A stretch of 64,000 bases of DNA from Octopus vulgaris (taxonomy: Eukaryota): NCBI GenBank assembly GCA_951406725.2, contig OX597824.1, positions 52,452,001-52,516,000 of the forward strand, given 5' to 3'. Numbering within the stretch: the stretch's first letter is position 1; each line of letters opens with the position of its first letter. Of this stretch, positions 43,096-54,312 are shown piece by piece. Under the pieces are notes generated by a model. It did no database searches, was not told the origin of the DNA, and was given only the letters and a program-made list of their open reading frames with translations. The translations under genes were made by a program, and so were the position numbers.

Positions 43096-43123
43096 TCTTA
43101 TTACACACTCATGCCTAGATGCG

Positions 43124-43161
<38 letters not shown>

Positions 43162-45569
43162 CTTGTGAGAACTATCTAAACATACGTAATCATCACTATC
43201 AATTCAATAAATATGTAGTACTGAAAGTTTCATGTGGTACAAATCGAACAATTACTTAGCTTAAGGAATTTCTGCAAGGTATTTCAGACGGGCGAAGAAT
43301 GGCGGTAGATATTCTTCAACTCCAGCGAATTAAACGAGTTACAGTATATTTAAGGCATCTTTAAATGGTAACATGGCTCAACTCTTCCAGTAAGTTACTG
43401 CAGTATGCTCGTTGTATGTAATGGAATTAGAGAATGCCATCACCATCCAAAACTAAGTATTCAACCTGATATCTATAATATCGTTTCCAAGCTTCGCAAA
43501 ATTATGTAAAAATATTCTTCCTCCTTTATATAAAAAGAAGTATATTTGAGCATGCTGACATTACAATGAACTAACTGAGAAACCAGAAATATATGTTACA
43601 AATTTAAATTTGTTTGTATTCGAGGATTTTGAGGGAAGCATAAAATTTAATGTACAAAGCAGAGAGAGAGAGAGAGAGAGAGCAATTAAGTGTAGGATAG
43701 CACAAAGCAAACAGTTCTGTCTTGTAGATGTAACAAGTCTAATTGCTCAGTGTTATCGTAAATACTTAAAATTCCTCTCTCCAAGAAGGGTTTTGTTTTA
43801 CGGCTTGCTCACTTGTTAGAATCTGCAAATTAATGAAACAATTTTTGCCAGTACGGGCCACTACAAAGGGACTGTCACTCTGGTTTTTATTTTAGAATAA
43901 GTACAAGACATACGAAACCAATTAAATATATATTGCATACATAATATAATGCACGTATATAAACATAGTACGAGTATATGTATATATATATGTGTGTGTG
44001 TATATTTATATACACGCACACACACATTTATACATATATGTACTTATAGATATATACGTATATATGTATATATATATAATATATATATATACACACACAT
44101 ACATAAATGTATAATATACATAAATATATACACCGACATACACACACCCACACACACACACACATATACGTATATTTATATATATCATCGTACAACGCTG
44201 CTGTGTCTTTTTGAGAGTTAATGTTTATTAAAAAACCGTAAAAGTGAAATTTAAAAATAAACAATAAAGTTTATGACTTAGATGAAAGAAAATGGTGCAG
44301 TAGTATTTCATTAAGTTCCACTCTAATTTAAAGGTAGAGTGGACATCTCTTGTATACCGTTGTGATTAGTAGATTGAAGAATTACTTGGTCGATGTAATT
44401 TCAACTTTTACATCGAGTATACTGTGAAGAGATGTTTATCAAAGAAAGGAGAACTTCTAAGAAAAAGAGAACAAAAAAGATGATGATGCTGAAGATGAAC
44501 AAGAACGACAATAACAACAACAATAAGAAAGAAAATCTGGAGGAAAAAGTATAAAAATAAGTAGGAAAGAAGAAAAAGAAGATGGTGATGATGATGATGA
44601 AGAACGACAGCAACAAAAAGGAAGAAAGAGAACAAGAAGAAATCAGATGAAAAATTATAAAAAATAAGTAGGAAGGAAAAAGAGAAGGAAGTGGAAGAAG
44701 ATGATGATGATGGTGATGATGATGACGATGATTATAATGACGACGAAAGAGGTGGAGACAGGAATAGCTAACCTCAACATTATATGCATTAAACAGCTTA
44801 GGTATATGTATGTTAATAGTAAGAGTTACCTTAAAATGAACAAACTCCTGGTTATATTCGTGGTACGTTCCAACTATGGTGCTGATTAAATTAGATTGGT
44901 TCTTTTCCTATGCATGCATATATGTACACACACACCTATACATACACACACACACAGACACACACAACATTGTACAGGTACATCAGAGATTTTTCGACAT
45001 CCTTGGTCCCTGACTTGTACCGGATTATCCATTTTGCAAGATTAGAAGACGGCACGAAATAATAATTGAAGGTCAGTTCCTGTAAGACTGCCACCGCGTC
45101 ATTAATACCAGTTTCACTGCTAAATCTTCATTGCACACTTCTATATATTTACTAGAAAAATGTTTTAAAGTTGGTATCATTTTTCCAACATAATAATATG
45201 TGCAAACATTTAAGACAAAATGAAATGCCACGTGCTAACCTTCCAGCCACTTGGCTCCCAGCGGTCCCTTTCATCTATTAACTACTTCTTCACTGAGAGA
45301 GAGAGAGAGTGGGAGAGGGTATCCTGAAGTGGCTGGCATGTGATATTTACCTTGCCACATTTACATCGTTATATTATTATAGTTAGGCGCACGGAGAGCG
45401 TTTCTGCTTTCATTATGGGTTACTAGTACAGAAGATAAATGAATGTCATAAAAGCTTGGCAGCAACAATGTTATTGATAATTGGAGCGGGAAATCTAAAG
45501 AGATGTAAGTGAAATGTTTATCCATGTTAAGGAAAGTACTATGTTATCAGCTGCCGAGCAATTGACAGC

Positions 45570-45637
<68 letters not shown>

Positions 45638-45673
45638 GTGTGGATGTGGGGGGGTGTTTGTATGTGAGTGTGT

Positions 45674-45853
45674 GTGGACGAACACAGCGCTTCTTAGAGG
45701 GATGGGCTGCAGAAATCCGCACGAGAGGTATCAGCGAGTACATCTCCCCCGGCCCGAGAGGTCGGGAAACCTCTGAACCACATCCCGTGATAGGGATCGG
45801 GACCTGGAACCAACGCCGTGAACGAGGAGTTCAGAGTAGGCGCGGGTCATCAG
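45674..45853 (+). pseudogene. 18S rRNA fragment (3' major domain), internally deleted
   Basis: CTTCTTAGAGGGA, CCCGAGAGGTC, CGTGATAGGGATCGGG and GTGAACGAGGAGTTCAGAGTAGGCGCGGGTCAT match conserved SSU rRNA motifs. Confidence 0.8.
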
Positions 45854-45854
45854 A

Positions 45855-45903
45855 GAAACTCAGAGTAACAGGTTTTGTTGTATTTTCTGCTGCTTTAAAT
45901 AAA

Positions 45904-45904
<1 letters not shown>
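45855..45904 (+). mobile_element. PLE-type 3' tail beginning with the 3' half of a hammerhead
   Basis: GAAA CTCAGAG TA ACAGG...CTGCTGCTTTAAATAAAG then (TA)n; the same tail occurs inverted at 54352-54400. Confidence 0.6.
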
Positions 45905-45952
<48 letters not shown>

Positions 45953-45959
<7 letters not shown>

Positions 45960-46258
45960 CACATTCGCATTTCGCTAAATCAGCCATAAATTTTAGCTAA
46001 ACCATCCGAGAATCGGAGACAGACATTGCTGATGACTCTGCGATTAACAGACGAAGCGAGTTTAGTCCAGTGATTTCCAGTTTTGCTCATGGGTGGTTAT
46101 CTCCCGTGTCAGTGCATGCATACGTATGCTTATGCAGCTTTAAGGGTTTAAACTATTGTATCTCGCAAATAGGTGCTATTTTTAGCTAAACCATCCGAGA
46201 ATCGGATGGTTTAGCTAAAATGTATGGCTGATTTAGCGAAATGCGAATGTGTATACTA
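45953..46258 (+). mobile_element. ~306-bp element with ~57-bp terminal inverted repeats and an internal hammerhead, inserted in (TA)n
   Basis: TAGTACTCACATTCGCATTTCGCTAAATCAGCCATA...CCATCCGA / TCGGATGG...GCGAATGTGTATACTA. Confidence 0.8.
46024..46072 (+). ncRNA. Degenerate type I hammerhead motif
   Basis: cattg CTGATGA c-tctg-cgattaa-caga-c GAAG cgagtttag TC cagtg; stem I and core good, A15.1 and stem III mutated. Confidence 0.55.
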
Positions 46259-46930
46259 AATATATATATATATAACAACTCCTAACATCAATAGAACAAT
46301 TAGGAATATACATACAGAAACAGGAAAAAGTACTGTGTAAATGTTACGTATGGTCCACACTATGATATAGTGCAGAAACACTGACATTGATGAAAATTCT
46401 ATCAGACAAAATAGCTTTTGAAACGTGGATATGTAGAAGATTAAGAATATCTTGAACAAAACATAAAACGAATGAAGGAGTACTACAATTAGCAAATACA
46501 AAAAGTTCATTGATCTCAACTATTAAAACAAAACAAAAAGGTAGTCAGATGCTTTGGTGACAGAGTAAGAGACAAGGCATACAAAGACTATTACTAGAAG
46601 GAACGCTCAATGCCAAACGCTGGAGAAGAAGGCCTAGAACACTCTTAGTTCACAAAGTGAATTCCCTAACCATCTGTTTGGTATAGATCCACCGCTAAAA
46701 CTTCAACTTTATGCAGTATATCTATGGTAACGAGGAATTACTCATCACTCTCTCTCTCCCTCTATCTGTCTCTTTCACTCTACACGCACACATATATAAT
46801 ATAATACATATACACACATATATCTAATATATATGCGTATATAAATGTAATATATATAATATATACACACATATACACACATGCATACATACTCATAATA
46901 CATACATACATACATACATACATACATGCA

Positions 46931-47332
46931 TACAAAGGACAGTGACGTGATCGACGCGAGCTAATGACCCGCGCCTACTCTGAACTCCTCGTTCACGGCG
47001 TTGGTTCCAGGTCCCGATCCCTATCACGGGATGTGGTTCAGAGGTTTCCCGACCTCTCGGGCCGGGGGAGATGTACCCGCTGATACCTCCAGTGTAACGC
47101 GTGTGCAGCCCCGCTCGTGCAGATTTCTGCAGCCCATGCCTCTAAGAAGCGCTGCGTTCGCCCACCGACGGGCCTCGATGCGACGGCGTGCCGCCGCCGG
47201 GCTCGCGCAGGCCGAGCCGACCGAGTCACCGCCGCCGCTCCGCAACCGACGATGCAACCATGCTGTGACCGCCCCACGAGGAGGCGGCAGCCGGATGCGG
47301 CCGCAGTGCCGGTCGCGAAGGAGAGCCATCGG
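46931..47332 (-). pseudogene. 18S rRNA fragment including a GC-rich expansion segment
   Basis: Minus: ...CTTCTTAGAGGC...GGGGCTGCACACGCGTTACACTG...GAACGAGGAG...GCGCGGGTCATTAGCTCGCGTCGATCACGTCACTGTCCTTTGTA (compare canonical TTGATTACGTCCCTGCCCTTTGTACAC). Confidence 0.88.
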
Positions 47333-48205
47333 ATTAAATACATTAAATGTAATAAAATCACACCATATATCAATTAAAAATATGATAGTTTCTGTCAACT
47401 GAAAGAGATAAATGAAAATGTCTAATCTAGAAATAAAACGAACTACTTTTATTAGATAAATTATTTTCAGCAAATCTTCAGCGCAAACTTCTACGGACAT
47501 TTTTTCTGAGATACAATATCGTTTCACCATGGTGCTGTATGAAACAACGAGTAAGTTTCTACATAGATGCTCCATCTACAAAAAGCATAAACTAAATAAC
47601 AGCGGTAATTTTCAAATGATGGCCCTTCTGTCTTAAACATGGCAACACTTGTCAATGCAGCATATGATATACATAAACTGGACTAAATAACCTTTAATTT
47701 ATAGTTCCACAAGGCTATAGTTGTACTGGACTAAACAATAGGAAACAACCAGTTAATCTTATTGTCAATCTTCATCCTCGTAAGTAATCAAAACTGTGAT
47801 TCTTGGCATCCTTAATGAAAACTGACTCGTCAATAAAAGATTGGAGTAATATGGCAGAAATTATACAAGAGGAACAACTAATACATATTTAGATTACGAA
47901 ATACCAGGTATATCTTCAAAGAACAGTATGACATGTTCCTATTTTTGTGTCAGAATTATAAATCCTTCCCTTCACTCATATGACTAATATCTCTTTAAAC
48001 GTCATGTGTTTAATAATCTGTGTGTAACAGGGACCATGACGAATTTATAAATTTCTCTGACCGCGAAAGGTGAAAAACAATTGACTTTCTCTATCAGAAA
48101 TATGTATCCTTTATTGTATTAACACTCTGTTCCCCCGATATTGTTTGGGTTGTAAAAGGTGATATTACGCCACTTTTAGGAGATTCATCTCGTTCTAAAT
48201 GAATG

Positions 48206-48290
48206 AACACAGAATAGAACACTCAGAATTGCATACACATAATTGCATACACAGAATTGCATACACAGAATTGCACACACAGAATTGCAG
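48206..48290. repeat. 14-bp minisatellite (CACAGAATTGCATA), ~5 copies
   Basis: Directly visible. Confidence 0.8.
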
Positions 48291-49039
48291 CTGATAACAG
48301 TTCAAACAGAGTATTGGTACACGATAAAGATGACAACTTCCGAAAAGAGAAGGGCAGAAACAGATCGAAAATGCTAAATGATGGAAATTGGAATTTAAAT
48401 GGTTAAACTGTGAGTCGCACATGAACTCAGTTTAATAGGTGGGAACAGCGTCAGCATAGAATGAATCTTCCTTAATGATGCTAGAATTTATTTAACAATA
48501 CGTCTAAATGAGTGCTTCTATAGTATTTCGAACCTCTCAGATAGAAAACACGTCTTCACAAAGCTGCATGTTTACAAAATATCAATGGATTATACAATCC
48601 TCTTGTTTACTTGAGTTTTATTACCCCTCTATATGGTATTTTATTGATTCGACCATTTCTTGTGGAACATAGGACGTAGAGTTTACTATTTGAACATTTG
48701 TCATTAATATTACGAATATCGATGCGTATTGCTAACACTTATCAACCATGCATGGACATAATAGCACGACCGTACTTTCTATGGATTAATATCCACAAAT
48801 AGTGTGATTTCTTACTTATGTACAGAAATGTGTAAAAAGAGAAAAAGGAATTGTCGATTGAATGTCACCACAATTTCTGTGTTCCAGCTTAAGGACACGG
48901 CAGATAAGAGATAAAGTTTATGCCGGTAGATTTAAAATCAGTACATGAAGATCTGAACTAAATACTGACTTGAAAGTAATCCTGCTTACTACTCTTTCTG
49001 TTATTACAAGTGCTATAATGTGTTTCTAATACTGGTTGC

Positions 49040-49250
49040 AAATTTTGGCACAAGGCCAGCACTTTTGAGAGAAGGGGCTTGTTAATTACATCGACCCTAG
49101 TGCTCAACTGGTACTCGTTTTATTGACCCTCCAAAGGATGAAAGACAAAGTCGGCCTCAGTGGAATTTAAACTCAGAAAGTAAAAACGGATAAAATGCCG
49201 CTAAGCATTTGGTCCAATGTGCGAACGATTCTGCCAGCTCACTGCCTTAG
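49040..49250 (-). mobile_element. Cephalopod tRNA-derived SINE (OK/Nin-type)
   Basis: Minus strand begins AAGGCAGTGAGCTGGCAGAATCG. Confidence 0.78.
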
Positions 49251-50661
49251 CGTGTTCTAATATCGATTGCTGATATAAACACACCGCAACACATTTGTAG
49301 GAGAACAGTAAAGCCGATGGAATCAATCCCATTATATTATTCTCATTTTATTAATCTTGGAGTGGTAAAATTATTCTGCTCTAATGTTTCTTTCTTGCAA
49401 CTCCGCATAAAATGTTGAGCAACGGAGGTAACAGAATGCGTAACATCATTAACATATATTAGCCAGCAATGAATATTTTAGAAAACTGAATATTAAGGGA
49501 TGTACAACAAGTGGCAACAACAAACTCTTGTGCCTTTTAAAATGTGTTAATGAGTCAAATGAAGTAAACTTGATTCAAACTAAGTTTGAATTTAATTGAA
49601 ACCGTACCATTCGAGGAATTTAATTTAATTACTCACACTATATACGAATTATTAATTATGAAGTCATACTGACAGTTCATAATTTCTTATTTCCACGTCT
49701 TAAAGACCACCAAAGATTGAAAATATATATCAAGCACTGCAATGCCACTGTAACTTATTGCGACTGTGTATTAAACTGGTTTAAACCTTTAATCACACTA
49801 ATCTCTTGGCTTTATTATCGTTTTTATTATCGTATACCACATTTTCAAATGAAAATACAAATCATTTTACCAAAACTAAGTCCTCGCGTAGTCTCTAGGT
49901 TTGATATTCAATCAGCAAACCTCTATTCGACACGTCCGATTCTATCAAAAATGTAAGTATAAAAAAGGAAAGAAAAATACTAGGAGAGAAAGAATTATTG
50001 GGAAGAAAGAAAATAACAGCAAAGAACTGCAGTTTCTGCATTGGAGGAATGGAAATTTCTTGAAATTAATTTATCTCTCCTTCAGTGTGCTAAATAAAAC
50101 TTCCCTATCAATAAAACCTAGAATGTTCTGAGGCAGACAAACGATTGAATACTATTCTCACAGCCAGAGCAGTGTTTCTCCTCTTATGTCTGCCGTCAAT
50201 ATTCAGAATTGCTTTGGAAATCTAACGGATCAATGGTTAACATTATTGACCGGACTCAGACACACGCGGTCCGTTGTTCACAAGACAAATTGTCTCAAAA
50301 CATCCATCTTTCCTTTTTCCTCCGATATTTAAACGAACCAATTTTGTTTCTTCTTCTTCTTCTTCTTCTTCTTCTTCTTCTTCTTCTTCTTCTTCTTCTT
50401 CTTCTTCTTCTTCTTCTTCTTCTTCCCTTTTATCTTCTATTTTCACCCATTCTCCTCATCTTCCATTCTTCTTATATTTTCTGTACTCTCACCACCACTA
50501 CTATTTCTTCATATAACCCACCTCATCATAACCAGTAACAGCAACATCGTCTCCAGCTTTCTTTCTAATCAGTTATTCTCTTTGTATCGCTTCAAAACTC
50601 CTTGACTAATCAAATAAGCATTTTGGTCGGCTAACTTTTCATTCTCAATAATATAGCGTAG

Positions 50662-50835
50662 CAAGGCGGCGAGATGGCAGGATCGTTAGCACGCCGGACA
50701 AAATGCTTAGCGGCATTTCGTCCGGCTTCACACTCTGAGTTCAAATTCGGCCATGGTCGACTTTACTTTTCCTCCTTTCGGTGTCGATGAAATAAGAAGC
50801 AGTTCTAATAGATTTACCTCTCCCACGAAATTTCA
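50662..50835 (+). mobile_element. Cephalopod tRNA-derived SINE (OK/Nin-type)
   Basis: AAGGCGGCGAGATGGCAGGATCGTTAGCACGCCGGAC...GAGTTCAAATTC...CCTTTCGGTGTCGATGAAATAAG. Confidence 0.8.
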
Positions 50836-53386
50836 AATCAATAATACAGCGTGAAGAGAGTTCTATAGCAAAATATTAGTTAGCTGATTCTGCTAGTAAC
50901 GTTCGAATTCTAGTTAAGGCTTAGCATATTTATTTCAAGACTTGGTCAGTGGCATGACCCACAGACAATCTCATTCTTTATGTTCTGAACGTGTAGCTTT
51001 CATCCAAAGCAAAGTAGTTAATTGTGCATAAGTTTAATAACACAATGCATGTTGCCTCGTTTGAATGCCAACAGAAAATAATGATTTCAATCAAGTTGTT
51101 ACTCAAATCAAATTCAACTAAGCAACTCTAAATTTCAAAAGAGTTAAACTAAGTAAAAATATTAGGAGTCGATTTTTTCCACCATAATACGGGTATATAT
51201 TCCACGTTGTGAGAATGCACCAATTAATCCATAATCAGAGAGAAATCAGGACAAATTCAAAATTTTATGGTTTTAAAAAAAAAATTCACCAAAAGATTTT
51301 GAAATCAGAGCTGAAACTAAAAAGTTAAATTGAAATAATAGTTGCTGATCTGAGAGCATAAAAAATTATTACAGTATCTAAGCAACAATACATTAATAAT
51401 GCTTCACATCACCCATGTGTCATTATAAGAATTTAGCGAAAAATACTAGTATACGGATATTATATATTTCATATGATATATCTTTAACAATGCAGGACCC
51501 GTATAAGATATAATGAAGCAGTAAAAATTTAGCCTTAAATGATAACATTATTTACATAAATCATGTTATTCATTCTCATACACTGTAAACTACAAAACAG
51601 AAAACTATTTCGTTTAATATTCCAATTAACTTCATATAAATACCACTTAAACTAAGAATTTTTTATTTACTACATAAACAGCTTCCGAAAAATTGAAGTT
51701 ATAAGATTTTCATTTCAAATAAGTTGAATTAAGATTTGTTGTACACATGATATTGCTATAAATAATACACGAAATGTGAAGCAGCTATACACATCAAATC
51801 CTTTCCGTTCGAGCATGTTCTAGCCCTTTAGATTGTATATTAATTCGTTTATATAGTTTATTTTACGAAAGTATTCACAGTTAATAATTAAATTTCTAAA
51901 GCTGATATCAGCTGACCGAAACATCTTTGAAGTTAAAATTTTTTTCTGTAGTTTCAGCTCATAGCTGTGGCCCTGCTGATGCACCGCCGTTAAAATAATC
52001 AACACAATTACACGTAGAAATATCTTTCAGCAAAATTGTGTAGAATCATTTGGTTTTAAAACGAACCAAATACTAGAAAAATCGCTCGGACTATCACAGT
52101 ACACTTACAATACTAAAATGAGAAGAAAAAATATTAGCTGTTCCATAGCAATTCTATTCTAAAAACCCTTTCAGACCAGTTATTTTTGTCGACATAAATC
52201 ATAGGTTTGTTGAAATATATATAAAATAAACCTTACGATAGAACATCGGAAAGATTTGCACCATACTGTTACATAATCCAACAAATCAAAATGCTGTCTG
52301 TTCTCAGAAATATGAATCATTATTAAAACATTCCAAACCACCTAACGCATGAATGCCAAAAGGACTTGTAAACTGAGGTTACATGCTCCGAACGCACCCT
52401 TCTGTAGAGGATTGAAGAAGATCTAGTTATTGTATGACTGAGCGCCCTCGCGTCGTTTCGTTGAGGGTGATGTCTGTTTATTTCTTTCCTCTTAATGTCA
52501 CCCACTGTGCAAAATTGATCATCGTGTCCAATCTCATCAAAATCCGAAACAAAGTGTTAAAGTGATGTCATAAAATACAATCCATGTGACCATTTACATG
52601 AAAATATAAAAGTTACGCCCCAAAGTAAAATCACTATGGGTATTTGCACGCAAAAAGCCTATTGATTTGATAAAACAACTGCTTAGGCGCAATTATCGGT
52701 TTTTTGTCAGCGCCATATACTAACATCAACTGATTGACATAAGCCACGCTCATTCATCGATTTTCATCACACTCGGACAAAAAATGCAGAAGCTACAGGA
52801 AAAAATAACATCGTTATGGGAATTTCCATTCAAACGCTCGATTGAGCTTTAAAAAATCGATGCCAGCAGGGTATTATCGAGTTTTCGAAAAGTTCCAGCC
52901 TTATTTGAACTTGAGAGCGTGTGATCTGCCTATTTACCAAAATACAGGTTATGAAAGTAGACCTAGAAGAAAGTGACTGCAGGCAGACGTGGTTTTGCGA
53001 TCTGAAAAGCAAAGAAAATAATCCTGATCGAGCTTATAAACCCATAAGGAAGTGTTTTATCAAACCTTTGAATGGGAACATGCAAAATACCAGAACCTTT
53101 TGCATGAATGTAGGGAGAAAGGACAGCAGGTGTTGCTTTTCCTTGTTGAGGTATCTGCAGAGGATTCACTGCCCAGTCAGAATTGAGAATGCTTAGAACC
53201 ACTGAAATAGGACAAAGAGTGAGAAAGGTAGCTTTGTACAGGATAGGAGAGTCAACAGAAAAGGTCTTTCTCTGGTATTTGAGCGAGAGAAAGTAGGTAA
53301 GCTGAAAGTCAGGACGAAATCGTACGCAGTGATTTGGCCAGCACTATTGACTCACCAATGGGTGGATGGGTTATTGTTCATATATT

Positions 53387-53436
<50 letters not shown>

Positions 53437-54017
53437 GGAGAAATTATACAAAATGTATAACTGGATGATGAGTAAAGCACCAGCACAGTTTCAATTACCT
53501 ATTATTATCTGTAGATTGCAGGAGCTTCATAGTGGTGGTTGAGGTAACAGTATTAATACAATAGATGGAGAAAAAGATTTTATTTAGTACGACACATGTT
53601 TCGATCCGTTCTGGGTCTCTTAGAGTACACAAATAAATAGAAAAATAAAAAAGTCTCACTAGAGATTCGATTTTACGTAAAGATAAATGTCCGTCAACTT
53701 TAGGAATGAGTATACGTGTACAGTGGTGTATGTTTATGTGTATACGCATGCATATATGTATCTGTGTGTGTATGTGTATATGTATGTGTGCACGTGTATA
53801 TATTTACTTATTTGTATATGTGAGTGTATTAACAAGTGTGCATGTGTCAAACTTTGCACAAACGCCTATATCTTGCGTTACGTACAAATATATAAACATA
53901 TTTATGCTATGTGCGTGTATTTATGTATACATGCGCGTGTGTGCCTATATATATGAGTTCCAATACATGTATGTACTCGTCAATACGTATGTGTATGCGC
54001 GTGTCGTACTAAATATA

Positions 54018-54094
<77 letters not shown>

Positions 54095-54256
54095 GTATAT
54101 ATACATGTGTACGTAAGTAGATTTTATGAACAAAGATGTCTATCTTTGCGTCGTTCTATTTTCATATCTTCTATCTTTTACCTTTACTTACTTTTTCTAC
54201 GCCTATTAGAGTAACTTCCCTTTATTCAATGCTTTTTTTTTCATAGCATTTTGTTT

Positions 54257-54312
54257 TAATAACTGAAGAGGATGTCCTTTAACCCCGGCATCTGAAACTC
54301 TGAGTATTATTA
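54257..54312 (+). ncRNA. Complete minimal type I hammerhead ribozyme motif
   Basis: taataa CTGAAGA ggatgtc-loop-ggcatct GAAA ctctgag TA ttatta: 6-bp stem I, 7-bp stem II with G-U pairs, near-palindromic stem III, predicted cleavage after 54306. Confidence 0.8.

Noticed and set aside
45674-47332. Functional rRNA gene
   Set aside because: Short, internally deleted fragments without the rest of the rDNA unit.
47001-47402. GC-rich overlapping ORFs or CpG-island promoter
   Set aside because: Explained by the 18S rRNA fragment and its GC-rich expansion segment.
52830-53380. Moderately GC-rich stretch with short ORFs
   Set aside because: No recognisable motif in the frames examined; cannot be assigned without a search.
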